IMG/VR virus record: IMGVR_UViG_3300029866_000016
Location: 1 to 41,506 of that record
Length of the DNA: 41,506 nucleotides
Strand: one strand, 5' to 3'
From: a virus
The notes beneath the pieces were generated by a model. It worked only from the letters and a program-made list of their open reading frames with translations, ran no database searches and was not told where the DNA came from. A program made the translations under genes and the position numbers. Shown here one piece after another: positions 17,257 through 27,013 of this stretch. Position 1 is the stretch's first letter. Every line of letters begins with the position of its first letter.

Positions 17257-17680
17257 TTAGCCCACCAGTCTCAATCAAAGCATAGTTAGACGCGGTGAGT
17301 GTAAAAGTTCGTGCTTGCATTGTCGGCCCACCCGTCTGAAAAGATGTGTCACTCACTGCGCAATTAAATAATGTCAGTGTATCATCGACACCAGTAGTCA
17401 CAAGTGCCTGGCTTAAGATCGGCACCCCAACATGCGCAAGTTGCGACAACTCAAAAAGAAATTGAAGTGATGGACTTGTCGGCTTAAATTTAAGTGTGAG
17501 AATAGCAGGACGTGGCGAACCGAAACTGAGAGCATTACGATCTAACCCGCGAGTGACGACAATGTTATCACCCTGTGGCTCGAACAATATGACATCCTCA
17601 CCCTCATAAAAATCCCGCATTACAATGCCATTAATAATAACACTGTGTGAATTTTGATCATAAAACTGTGATCGTGGCAT
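17249..17680 (-). CDS. Tail tube protein
   Basis: 143 aa between the sheath and chaperone genes. Confidence 0.7.
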   Translation of the reverse strand: MPRSQFYDQNSHSVIINGIVMRDFYEGEDVILFEPQGDNIVVTRGLDRNALSFGSPRPAILTLKFKPTSPSLQFLFELSQLAHVGVPILSQALVTTGVDDTLTLFNCAVSDTSFQTGGPTMQARTFTLTASNYALIETGGLIG

Positions 17681-17692
17681 TATCTAACCCCT

Positions 17693-19195
17693 TTAAGGTA
17701 GTGCTTGGACGTTAAACGCGACGCTATGAATAGCGCCCGCAAATCGAATAGTCATCACAAATGGTGGGCCTTGTCGTGCGGCGCGCTCCGATGCAGTGAC
17801 CAAACGTAAAGGCGTGAATGCAATGTCATATGCAGGTAAGACCCGTTCACCCGTCTGTAACTCAGGGGCGTTAACCATGCGCGGCGCTAATGCACCGTTA
17901 AACTCGTAACGTTCACCGATTAATGACGCTGCGGCTTGTAATAAAGCAGCGCCTGATGCAGTAAAAGGAACCTTACCCTCACGTAAAAATACATTAAACA
18001 ACGCTACTTGCAATTCCTCACTAAAATTATCAATAATCAATCGCTCATCGATAAACCATGTATCCGCCGCCATCACCCCCTCACGAATCGTACGTGCAAC
18101 TGTACCAATGCGAGTGAGTGTATTATATCTTTTACTAGTTAGGACTGCTAACTCAGACTCGTTAACCCCGACAGGTGTCGCGCCCACTAAGTTTTTAAAC
18201 TTGAGGGTGATTGTACTATCGGCCGCCGCATAGTTAACACTGAGCATAAGTGCTAATGCCATCACATCCGGATATTCGTCCGGTGCATCACTGTACCAAT
18301 TCACGGTGCGCTCATGACCGTTAAAGTTAGTCAACGCTCCGATGTCGGTGGTACTGGCAGCATTCATCGCATTGACCGAATTACTCAATGCGATGAATAT
18401 ATTATTGTGAGCTTGGGCGTCGCTCGCTACTAAAAATTGGTCATCAGTATCTCGAAAACTACGTTCTAGTGCATAGCCATAAATAAACCGACCGGACTGT
18501 AATGCCGCTTCGCGCACGATTGCCATCTCATTTACAATACCCGTCGGCAGGTATCCCATCGTTGATATTGCATCACCTGATTCGATGCTCAACAGCCCCG
18601 AAACTCCGACATCAGTACCAGAGGCAGGTGGGATAGGACTGTTAATAACTACAGATAGATCACCAATTGTACCACTTGTAATGCGTACGATATTGTTATT
18701 AATAACCACGGTCGCACCCGCAGCACCGGAAAGTACCAGTGCCGTTTGAATACGCGAAGCCACGGCGTCGAGTGAGGTGTCGGTACTAAAATCTAAATTA
18801 GTTAGTGCATGAGATATACTGTCAACCTCAATAGTTAACGAGCCGTCGGTGATCGCCTGAAACACAGTGAGATCACCGACAGTATTACCGGTTAAAAACC
18901 CAGGCTGGGCAGTCTCAAAAATCTGAGCAATGGCAAGAGTCAGAGCTCGCACGGGTTGTGCAAAAAAGTCACGAGCCATGGCTACCGCTTCACTACTGGC
19001 ATCAAAAATATCGGTGACCGACACAAAGCTATTAAAAAATCGAATCCGGTTGGCACCGTGATCTAACGGGCCGGTACGAACAATCGCAACAGCAACACTC
19101 AGATCAGTAGTCAGCTCAGTTTGTGGCCGACTAACATTAATCATCACATCGATATCGCGTGGTAGTGCACGATCGTTGCCACTAATTATTGCCAT
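17693..19195 (-). CDS. Tail sheath protein
   Basis: 500 aa, directly upstream of the tube, chaperone and TMP genes. Confidence 0.7.
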   Translation of the reverse strand: MAIISGNDRALPRDIDVMINVSRPQTELTTDLSVAVAIVRTGPLDHGANRIRFFNSFVSVTDIFDASSEAVAMARDFFAQPVRALTLAIAQIFETAQPGFLTGNTVGDLTVFQAITDGSLTIEVDSISHALTNLDFSTDTSLDAVASRIQTALVLSGAAGATVVINNNIVRITSGTIGDLSVVINSPIPPASGTDVGVSGLLSIESGDAISTMGYLPTGIVNEMAIVREAALQSGRFIYGYALERSFRDTDDQFLVASDAQAHNNIFIALSNSVNAMNAASTTDIGALTNFNGHERTVNWYSDAPDEYPDVMALALMLSVNYAAADSTITLKFKNLVGATPVGVNESELAVLTSKRYNTLTRIGTVARTIREGVMAADTWFIDERLIIDNFSEELQVALFNVFLREGKVPFTASGAALLQAAASLIGERYEFNGALAPRMVNAPELQTGERVLPAYDIAFTPLRLVTASERAARQGPPFVMTIRFAGAIHSVAFNVQALP

Positions 19196-19674
19196 TATTT
19201 ATCATCCTCAATATTATAATCAACGCTGTCAAAACAATCAGCAGCAAACGTCTCACTAAGTGTAGCATACCCGCTAATCGAAAACTCAGCGCGTGGTCTT
19301 AGTCGACCTAAATATTCTCCGGTCAAATCCAAAACATTAGTTACTTGTGCGCGCCCCATATTAGCCCACAAATCTAATAGTCGATTATCTGACTCCACAC
19401 TTGCCTTGAGTCGTGACGCATCAGCCATTGCCGCTCCATCCCAGATTGACAGTTTAACCGTCAATACTGATAGATTGCGTAAAGTTTGAGCGCCTGAAAT
19501 CTCGTCATAAGTCGAAACATCATAAGGCATTGCTGATATGTCGCTAAATAAAATAGTAGCATAAGGTGAGTTAGGAGGTCTGACATTTTGATTCTCGAAT
19601 TGCACGGCGCGATCGGGCAATACATTGATCACCCAATCAAACACATCATCTTGTATGTCGCTAAATGCTGTCAC
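19195..19674 (-). CDS. Tail completion / terminator-like neck protein
   Basis: Position between the head-tail joining genes and the sheath gene. Confidence 0.4.
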   Translation of the reverse strand: MTAFSDIQDDVFDWVINVLPDRAVQFENQNVRPPNSPYATILFSDISAMPYDVSTYDEISGAQTLRNLSVLTVKLSIWDGAAMADASRLKASVESDNRLLDLWANMGRAQVTNVLDLTGEYLGRLRPRAEFSISGYATLSETFAADCFDSVDYNIEDDK

Positions 19675-20033
19675 AACCGCTCGACATATACTGTCGCCAA
19701 ATATTTATTATAACCCCCGTATAGTCCCCAATCCTTTTGAGCAATCACTCGCCACACTCGACCATACGCATTAATAAAAGTTTGTAATTGTGGAGTCTCA
19801 TTTAGATAATTGAGCACTTGACGCGTGCGAATAACAAGACCTGAGTCGGCCTCAACACCCTGTGGTAAAAACTTTAATTGTTTGTCGCTCATTGGCTGCA
19901 CCGAACCGATCAATGTAAAATTAGTATCAAGCGTCTTAAACTCTCGACCGTCAACAAGCTCCACACGCTCATCAAACGCGGGGAATGACACAGTAAATAG
20001 ATCAATGGCGACGGCGACAGGTAACGGCAACAT
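19671..20033 (-). CDS. Head-tail joining protein
   Basis: Position in the neck module. 120 aa. Confidence 0.4.
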   Translation of the reverse strand: MLPLPVAVAIDLFTVSFPAFDERVELVDGREFKTLDTNFTLIGSVQPMSDKQLKFLPQGVEADSGLVIRTRQVLNYLNETPQLQTFINAYGRVWRVIAQKDWGLYGGYNKYLATVYVERL

Positions 20034-20035
20034 GA

Positions 20036-20512
20036 CTATTTATCGCGCACAATGTGCATTGCTGAGCCTGCTAGTAAACCTGTGTCAACCAGCGGATTGT
20101 CGCTACCCTTTGCTGTGATAGTTGATATTGCATTCGCTGGCTCACGTAGATCGACGATGGTTTGTTTAATCGCAGTGGCTCCGACGAGACCCATTGTTTC
20201 GAGTACAGACGTCAAGCTTGTGGCGCCTGCATTAACAGCTTTTACCCCCGCTTTGGCGATAGGCTTAGATCTCTCGACAGCCAAAGCACCACCTGGCCCC
20301 ATAAAATCCCGACGGGGAATGACTTCAGTGCCGAAATTATTGTCTACGGCTACGTCTAACAGCGGTTTACCGTCAGGATATGATAACCCCGCGCTTTCCG
20401 TACCGACCGGAAAGCCAACCGCGACAGTCTTATTAGATTTATAACGATCTAATAACTTACTAATATAGTTAGGGTTGCGTTGCTTGACTGTTGCGACCAT
20501 GACCGTTACCAA
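20036..20512 (-). CDS. HK97 gp10-like neck protein
   Basis: NNFGTEVIPRRDFMGP resembles the EFGT....RPF motif of the HK97 gp10 family. Confidence 0.5.
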   Translation of the reverse strand: MVTVMVATVKQRNPNYISKLLDRYKSNKTVAVGFPVGTESAGLSYPDGKPLLDVAVDNNFGTEVIPRRDFMGPGGALAVERSKPIAKAGVKAVNAGATSLTSVLETMGLVGATAIKQTIVDLREPANAISTITAKGSDNPLVDTGLLAGSAMHIVRDK

Positions 20513-20900
20513 TTAATGTTCCGCCCTGCACACAAGTTTCACGCAGGGCTAAAAATTCTTGACCGTAAACTGTCCGTGCTAGTGATATTTCCTCTTTTGT
20601 ACCGTTGGTCAAATATTCAGGTGTGGTAAAAGATGTTGACACCCCGTCCACATTACCCGACGATACTACACCAGCACCACCAGCAACACCACCCACTCCA
20701 CCAGTGCTGGCGCGCTGGGCAGCTAGTCCAACTTGATGTGCGGATAAATAGATCACAGCGTCATTAAAGCAGACACCCCAGGCGTCAGGGATTAGTTGCA
20801 GAGTCGAGCGGTCTAACCAAAATTGTACCGAGTCATCGCTGACGACTGACTCGGTGAACTCAGGTAATAACTCTCGAAACTCTGCAATAGTCGGCATCAT
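20469..20900 (-). CDS. Head-tail connector (DUF4054-like)
   Basis: N-terminal IAEFRELLPEFTE...AVIYLSAHQV pattern, and position after the capsid genes. Confidence 0.5.
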   Translation of the reverse strand: MMPTIAEFRELLPEFTESVVSDDSVQFWLDRSTLQLIPDAWGVCFNDAVIYLSAHQVGLAAQRASTGGVGGVAGGAGVVSSGNVDGVSTSFTTPEYLTNGTKEEISLARTVYGQEFLALRETCVQGGTLIGNGHGRNSQATQP

Positions 20901-21290
20901 TTACTTAGACTTTCCACGCTTTGGTTCAACCATAGTTGTCGGTGCAGTTTCCACACTCTTCACCTCGTGCTTAATTTTATCAGTGTTAGAGGCATCGGGT
21001 TGCAAAGATTCTGGTCTAACTGCATCGGTATTATCCGAGCGTGTTGGCTCAGAAGGAGTTAAGGCACTTTCAGAAATGGTAATACGACCAACCATTAAAT
21101 GACCACGTAACGCTGCATTACCTTTTTGCATTTTTTCCCAGACATCTTTGTCAACCGACCCAACACCGCCAGGCGATAGTGTCAGTCGAGCCTTAGCATC
21201 GGAGGCCTTAGGCTTGCCACGACCATCACTTACTATAGGTAGATGCATGGTTAGCGGCGACAACATGTGATTTTTAATTGTGATTTTCAT
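20901..21290 (-). CDS. Hypothetical head-module protein (129 aa)
   Basis: ORF directly downstream of the major capsid gene. Confidence 0.4.
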   Translation of the reverse strand: MKITIKNHMLSPLTMHLPIVSDGRGKPKASDAKARLTLSPGGVGSVDKDVWEKMQKGNAALRGHLMVGRITISESALTPSEPTRSDNTDAVRPESLQPDASNTDKIKHEVKSVETAPTTMVEPKRGKSK

Positions 21291-21292
21291 AT

Positions 21293-22255
21293 TTAAATTC
21301 CGTCCGTATAGCTCATTGATGCTGGATAAGGCATATGATAAGAGCCAATCTTATACTCAGCATAGATATTAACATCGTATCCATGCTCTTGAGGCTCTAA
21401 CAACTGAAACGGTAAAGGCCAAGGCACCATAATATTGTCAGAGTCTTTATACTCCGCAACAACTAAACGCGCTGTACTACCGCTGCCAGCCTCATCGAGA
21501 TACCGGATAGGTTTAATATCCAACGGTTGACCAGTGCGAGCTGTGTACACATTTGCCATTTTGATATACTCAAGAATGGATTTACCCGCCGCATCATTAA
21601 TAGTCTGTGAGCTGATAAATGCAAATTGATCGCCGGGGATAAAAACCGTATCAGGTAAATGCACAAAACGACTATTAACCCACGCGGTGGAAATTGCACT
21701 GTTAATATCAAATTGAATTTCATCCGGCGTCTTATTAACCCAAAGCGATGAAGCGCCGCCACCAATTGCCGCAGTGCCAACAGGCACTCCAGGATAATTT
21801 AACCATCCGTCGAAACCTACATTTTCGTCACCGTAAAACATCAAACCTTCAACGTGACGCTCACAAGCCATGCGCATATGTTTAGGTAGGTCGGTTAGTA
21901 AACTCTCATTGTAGCCAAATTGCACTTGCCGCGCATCTTCACGATCAAAAATTGCGGCAACACCGGCAACTTCGATTGGGATTCGATTCTTGCCGATTGT
22001 ACGACCGACGGTTGGGATTGACTGATCGTGATTCGCGCGAAACGAACCTTGCCCGCGCCAATCACGAACACGGTACGAGCGCTCAGTTGCACCCGGATTG
22101 ACAGCAGTATCAACTGACGCCTCGGGGATGACTTCGCGCCACTGCAATTCGCCATATTTGACATCTTTAAATGCTTCGCTGATGTCTTCAAAAGCACCGT
22201 AAACTAACTCTAATGCGCTAGTGCGGTCACCGGGTGAACCAAAATTAAAAGGCAT
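21293..22255 (-). CDS. Major capsid protein
   Basis: 320 aa following the scaffold and decoration-like genes. The gene order is typical of DUF1073-portal / DUF2213 / DUF2184-type head modules. Confidence 0.7.
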   Translation of the reverse strand: MPFNFGSPGDRTSALELVYGAFEDISEAFKDVKYGELQWREVIPEASVDTAVNPGATERSYRVRDWRGQGSFRANHDQSIPTVGRTIGKNRIPIEVAGVAAIFDREDARQVQFGYNESLLTDLPKHMRMACERHVEGLMFYGDENVGFDGWLNYPGVPVGTAAIGGGASSLWVNKTPDEIQFDINSAISTAWVNSRFVHLPDTVFIPGDQFAFISSQTINDAAGKSILEYIKMANVYTARTGQPLDIKPIRYLDEAGSGSTARLVVAEYKDSDNIMVPWPLPFQLLEPQEHGYDVNIYAEYKIGSYHMPYPASMSYTDGI

Positions 22256-22258
22256 GAT

Positions 22259-22819
22259 TTAGTATCCTATTTCAATTATTGCAATAGAGTTCGCGGCGCT
22301 GGTGTCGTACCAACGCGCTGACGTAATCTGAATGGTATCCACCCCAGCTGCGGCATTAGTAAATGCCCCAATTGGGAAACCGTGACCAGTTGTGTCATCT
22401 ATATACATATGCACCGAGTTACCCGCACTCACTGCGATAGTGGCTGTCACAAATATTCGACCCTGGCGCAACACTGGGGCCATCTTGTTGGGTGACCAGA
22501 TCGGGTTGCCGTCAATGTCATTTTCTTGTGCGCTGTCACGTACTAAGATGCCAACAAAGTCATTGATGTTCTCGCCAGCCGAGGGGGCGATAATTGGGAA
22601 GGGGGCTGGCCGATCACCGTATTCACCCACCGGAATAGTGATTGACGTGCCCCGCATAACACCTAGGCCCACCATCAAATTGGTAGTCCCACCCACGGGA
22701 TAGCCATCAACTAATGACGGGTCACCCTGCGTTGCAATTTGACCTGGGAAACCTCGGCTCGGATGATCTGTGTAATCAGTCTGCACACTGCCTTGGATTG
22801 TGCCGCGAAAACCGCTCAT
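22259..22819 (-). CDS. Head decoration / structural protein
   Basis: 186 aa between the scaffold and the capsid gene. Confidence 0.4.
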   Translation of the reverse strand: MSGFRGTIQGSVQTDYTDHPSRGFPGQIATQGDPSLVDGYPVGGTTNLMVGLGVMRGTSITIPVGEYGDRPAPFPIIAPSAGENINDFVGILVRDSAQENDIDGNPIWSPNKMAPVLRQGRIFVTATIAVSAGNSVHMYIDDTTGHGFPIGAFTNAAAGVDTIQITSARWYDTSAANSIAIIEIGY

Positions 22820-23997
22820 TATTTACCTCCGGTTTTGTAGTTGTTGTAAGCTGCATAACCTAACGAGTCTTTGTTAGCCACTTTAGATTTGTCACGATTA
22901 AAAACCTCGGCACCCGCAACCTTACGTTTAGTTGATGGGGCCAACTCGCGAATAGTATTAAATACACCTTTAACAAATGATTCATCTTTTGCAAAATCAT
23001 CGCTCAAAGGCTCTTTGCGGATTGCATTAACTACATGTAGGCGCAACTTGTGACCACGCAAACCTTTGATAGAATTAGCCGCCTTTTCTTTGTCGTCGTA
23101 CGCTTCATTGTCAACGAGAGCATCAACCGAATTCATTTGCTCCTCGGCCATTTCCTCAGCCATATTTTCGAGTGAGTCACCGGATGTAAGCTCATCAATG
23201 CGAGCCTTTAACTCGTTAATGACACCCATCGCTTCTGCCAATTTTTCCTCTGAGTTTTTAATCTCAGTTTTCGCTTCTTCGGCACTGTTCATAGCTGCTT
23301 CAAGCGCCTGGGCATTTAATGCTTCGTTGTGTACGTGCATCGCAAGCACACCGTTGAGCACTACCGCATCACTGTTAGCTACGCGGATTGCGCGTTTGTC
23401 TGCCAACTCTATTGTTGTTAAATCCATCGCTTCCGCTCCGCTTTGTTTATTTAAAATTCGTACTTCTCGACCGCCCCGCCCTTCGCCATTGGGCAACAGG
23501 GCGACGTGATTAAATCGTATTGTATTCTGCGCCACGTCGTAAGCCACATCTTCATAGCTACCGGGCGTAACATCATAATAAGCTGTATATGCACTTGATA
23601 TTTCTGTAAGTTCACCAGATTTAATTTTAGCAATAGTGTCAGGGTCTCTAATAGACAGATCAACTTCGAGATACGGCCCAGATTGACGAGCTTCACCCGC
23701 AACGCTGCCCACTTCGTGATTTTTACGTTCCTCATCGGCTTCGATCCACTCGTGATACCCGCCAATAACCGGCATACCTTCGATGCTTTGCATCGCATGC
23801 GGACTAAAAATAGCATCAGGTGGTACATTAACGCTAACAACATCCGGTAATTCCCCTAAAGCTGGGTCATTACCCAGTTCTTCCCGACCATACTCCATTA
23901 CGCCACAAGAAATCAAGCGTATTGTAATTCGTAAAAACCCGTTGTCATCTACCCGCCAATCCTGGCCGATTTGGCTACGCTCATATAGCATTTTCAA
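22819..23997 (-). CDS. Prohead scaffold/protease-like protein (DUF2213-like)
   Basis: N-terminal DDNGFLRITIRLISCGVMEYGREELG pattern, plus an acidic coiled-coil C-terminal half typical of scaffolds. Confidence 0.6.
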   Translation of the reverse strand: MKMLYERSQIGQDWRVDDNGFLRITIRLISCGVMEYGREELGNDPALGELPDVVSVNVPPDAIFSPHAMQSIEGMPVIGGYHEWIEADEERKNHEVGSVAGEARQSGPYLEVDLSIRDPDTIAKIKSGELTEISSAYTAYYDVTPGSYEDVAYDVAQNTIRFNHVALLPNGEGRGGREVRILNKQSGAEAMDLTTIELADKRAIRVANSDAVVLNGVLAMHVHNEALNAQALEAAMNSAEEAKTEIKNSEEKLAEAMGVINELKARIDELTSGDSLENMAEEMAEEQMNSVDALVDNEAYDDKEKAANSIKGLRGHKLRLHVVNAIRKEPLSDDFAKDESFVKGVFNTIRELAPSTKRKVAGAEVFNRDKSKVANKDSLGYAAYNNYKTGGK

Positions 23998-24817
23998 TCA
24001 CCTTTTCTAACTCAATTAAAGGTTCCGCAAAACAGCGGCATTGTATTGACTCACCTGGCCCGCCGTCAGCTGGTAAAGAGTCCCACCTATACACGCGCCC
24101 CTCACGCGCAAAGTGATCACCGTGCACCCGCGACGGGTCATTAGGGCCACCAGGTGTTCCGGTTACCCTAATATCCTGCACCGTGCGCCAAATAAATCGT
24201 TCAATCCCCACATCTCGCTGTCTAACCGAATTTAGTGCGCCGATAAATTTAGTCGTTTGGTCACGCGCGATTAGTTTAGCCTTCTTGTCACTTTGTGATC
24301 CCAAGACCCGCAGTCGATTAATGAGTGATCCTTCCTTAAATTCCCTACCTTCAAAATTGTCAAGAATCGCCCGCTGTACTTTTTTAAAATGCTCGGCCGG
24401 TATGCTCGATATCAAGCTAACATTTTCGGCTAACGCTTTATCAATGACCCCCGCTACCACCTCACTCGACAATATTCGAGCGCTACTAACACCCAGCGTA
24501 CTACGCAATGTTTTTTCAATTTTGCGGCGATTAGCGTCGTCCATCGTTGCAATACTCGACCCGGCAATATTGGCCGCAGCGGAATCAAACCTTAAATTAG
24601 CCCTCCGCAACTCAGACTGCACCTGCGATTGAATGCGAGTCATTGACTCACCCGCCGAAACGGCGCGACCAATCAAGGCGGTCTGTTGTTTTAGAGTAGT
24701 TGTTAACGCTAGCAGTGCTTTGCGATACTCAACCTCATGTGCCTTAGTGACTTTAGCAGCGGCCCCACGCTTTGAACCTTTACCGCCGCGCCCGTCACTG
24801 CTAAGAATTACACTCAT
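23981..24817 (-). CDS. Minor head protein, Mu F / SPP1 gp7-like
   Basis: FIWRTVQDIRVTGTPGG...HGDHFAREGRVYRWD...QCRCF matches the Mu F-like C-terminal pattern. It follows the portal gene with an ATGA overlap. Confidence 0.7.
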   Translation of the reverse strand: MSVILSSDGRGGKGSKRGAAAKVTKAHEVEYRKALLALTTTLKQQTALIGRAVSAGESMTRIQSQVQSELRRANLRFDSAAANIAGSSIATMDDANRRKIEKTLRSTLGVSSARILSSEVVAGVIDKALAENVSLISSIPAEHFKKVQRAILDNFEGREFKEGSLINRLRVLGSQSDKKAKLIARDQTTKFIGALNSVRQRDVGIERFIWRTVQDIRVTGTPGGPNDPSRVHGDHFAREGRVYRWDSLPADGGPGESIQCRCFAEPLIELEKVIENAI

Positions 24818-26109
24818 AGATTATAATGGCCTAGCACATTTAGAGCCTCAAGTGCTTGCTCAGGTGTGATCACATCGTGCATTACTAAATTAGTTAACGC
24901 AGTTGAGTCAGCGCCGCGCGTAGTTGCTGCGTCACTTTCTGACGGTGACCACATCGGCGGGAATTCTATTTCGACACTTTCAGGATCGACTGTCGGCAAT
25001 ATTGACGGTAGTGCAACCCGTAAAAACTTTTCAAGCTGTGGACGTAATCGTGACTCTCGACCATCATCAATTGCATTATAATAATTTTCTAAATCTGACT
25101 TACCTGTTGCATTAAGCCCACCAGGTGCTTCGCCTAAGAATCGAGTCGCGGGAATGTCGCTAGCAGCACTGATGATTTGTAAAAATTGCTGTAATAACTC
25201 GGGGACACCACCGAACGATGCTGACCACTGATCAATCGCTATGTCCTTACCGTCAATCATTGCTGCTTGATACATGCTCATCTGATCAGTCATCGTTTGC
25301 AATGCAGCAATCGCATCACCGCCGCCCGTCGTACTCAGTTGAGCTTTAAGACTGCCGTTATTTATAAGCACTATGCTTGCTCGCTGAATTAATTGCATCG
25401 CTGATTGTCGAGCGCTCACGCTGCGTATTATATCGTCATAAATTGCAGTGAGCACCGATACACCAAAGCCGTCATAGCTGCCTTTTATAAAACCAATATC
25501 GGTAGCCTCATTGTCCGTCAACGGGTCGCCGTCAAATATTAATAACCGGCTGTGATGCACGGCTTGCCCAATAACATGATATGTTTCAGGCTTTCCAAAA
25601 CGGGCACTGAGGGGGTTAGTGTCATACTCAAGTTGCGACACTCGACTACGCGGGATGACATTTGTAAATATCAGATCGCCCTCTGATATTGCAGAGTGAT
25701 CAACAGGTTTACTCGCATCATCATCACTGCGCAAACCCATTACAATTACCGCACCGCCGACCAGGCGCTCTAACTTGAGTGCTTGACGCAGAGCACGGCT
25801 AAATTGCAATTTAGATAATGCGGCGGTGAGCGTACAAGTTTGTTTCTCGTCAAGTCCTGAGTATGTCCAGCCTTTACGTAAAATGTCCTGGACGGGAATG
25901 TCGACAATTTTGCGAGCTGTCCACTCCTTATAATATAGCTCACCCCATTCGCGCGACTGTAAACTTGCGGAGCGAGTGCGATCAAGAGGGTGTGAGCTTG
26001 AGCGTTGGACTCTTGCGTTGTTGCCATGATCTTGCGCTTGACCCTGACCGGCACTTGACACTATGCGAGAATTATTAGTCTTTGTGCGTTTGCGATTGCG
26101 ACGAGACAT
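24814..26109 (-). CDS. Portal protein
   Basis: 431 aa between the terminase region and the MuF-like gene. Confidence 0.75.
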   Translation of the reverse strand: MSRRNRKRTKTNNSRIVSSAGQGQAQDHGNNARVQRSSSHPLDRTRSASLQSREWGELYYKEWTARKIVDIPVQDILRKGWTYSGLDEKQTCTLTAALSKLQFSRALRQALKLERLVGGAVIVMGLRSDDDASKPVDHSAISEGDLIFTNVIPRSRVSQLEYDTNPLSARFGKPETYHVIGQAVHHSRLLIFDGDPLTDNEATDIGFIKGSYDGFGVSVLTAIYDDIIRSVSARQSAMQLIQRASIVLINNGSLKAQLSTTGGGDAIAALQTMTDQMSMYQAAMIDGKDIAIDQWSASFGGVPELLQQFLQIISAASDIPATRFLGEAPGGLNATGKSDLENYYNAIDDGRESRLRPQLEKFLRVALPSILPTVDPESVEIEFPPMWSPSESDAATTRGADSTALTNLVMHDVITPEQALEALNVLGHYNL

Positions 26110-26111
26110 AA

Positions 26112-26480
26112 CTAAATATGCACCCCAAACATTTTAAATATTAATGGGGCTCCGACCCACGACATCACAAGTGTGACGACCATCACCATACCTAACTGCT
26201 TATAGTGTCTCTTGTCAATGACATCTAACCTATCGACGACTTTGTTTTGTTTATTTGTCAATAGACCAATCTGATCTTTAAGTGCTGCAATAGCAACTAA
26301 CTCTAATGAGTGATTGAGAGTAGCCCGCTCAACTTGAGTAAATCGTGAGTTAACGTCTACTCTCAGTTCTTTTAGTTCATCCCGCACATTGTCGAGACTG
26401 TCCGCGACATTAGTCAAAGTAGCTTCAATTTGTCCGATTAATCTTTCATTAACTTCAGCATCCATTTTGGTATTATACAT
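26112..26480 (-). CDS. Coiled-coil protein with C-terminal TM anchor (122 aa), unknown function
   Basis: Helical heptad-like region followed by GMVMVVTLVMSWVGAPLIFKMF. It is the first minus-strand gene after the antisense cassette. Confidence 0.45.
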   Translation of the reverse strand: MYNTKMDAEVNERLIGQIEATLTNVADSLDNVRDELKELRVDVNSRFTQVERATLNHSLELVAIAALKDQIGLLTNKQNKVVDRLDVIDKRHYKQLGMVMVVTLVMSWVGAPLIFKMFGVHI

Positions 26481-26557
26481 AAGTCAAGTAATTATACTAG
26501 CGTCTATTAACCCGGGTATCCCGATAGTTAATTACAATTTCTAAAAATAGAAATAGT

Positions 26558-26566
26558 TGGTATACT
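26558..26566 (+). promoter_or_regulatory. Extended -10 promoter candidate for the plus-strand cassette
   Basis: TGgTATACT lies 37 nt upstream of the ATG at 26603. A second TATACTAG copy is at 26493-26500. Confidence 0.4.
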
Positions 26567-26602
26567 AGACCCACACACTAACAAACAATAGAGAGATAAA
26601 TT

Positions 26603-26809
26603 ATGAACAGACTACACAACTGGTTGACTGAGCGAAGAAAAGAATTTTCTGATAGTGAGATTATTGCGGGGGTGGGTAACGGTGATATTGAGTCACCGGG
26701 CGACTGGATGGGGATATCAGAGGGTTCAGATTACATTAAAATCTGGGATACTGAGACGGTCGCAGACAATAAAATGGGATTTATTTATATCAGTTATCAT
26801 CGCGAATGA
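26603..26809 (+). CDS. Hypothetical protein (68 aa)
   Basis: ORF with leader acaatagagagataaattATG. This is nearly the same leader as the gene at 27014. Confidence 0.45.
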   Translation: MNRLHNWLTERRKEFSDSEIIAGVGNGDIESPGDWMGISEGSDYIKIWDTETVADNKMGFIYISYHRE

Positions 26810-26994
26810 AAACTATACTCAGAGAATTAATTGACTCGCTGCCTGGCGATTGTTGGGATGCTAAAGTTGGTGAGTGCGCCCGCATCCTTGAGCGCTCACG
26901 ATCTACAGTATATCAGTGGTTGTGTGACAGCCCACCAATATCTACTACAACACTTGATGCTTTAAGGTATCGCATATCTTGTTCTGATAGCTAA
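26806..26994 (+). CDS. Cro/YdaS-like HTH protein (62 aa)
   Basis: GECARILERSRSTVYQWL is an HTH pattern. ATGA overlap with the upstream gene. Confidence 0.5.
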   Translation: MKTILRELIDSLPGDCWDAKVGECARILERSRSTVYQWLCDSPPISTTTLDALRYRISCSDS

Positions 26995-27013
26995 TTACAA
27001 TAGAGAGATTAAA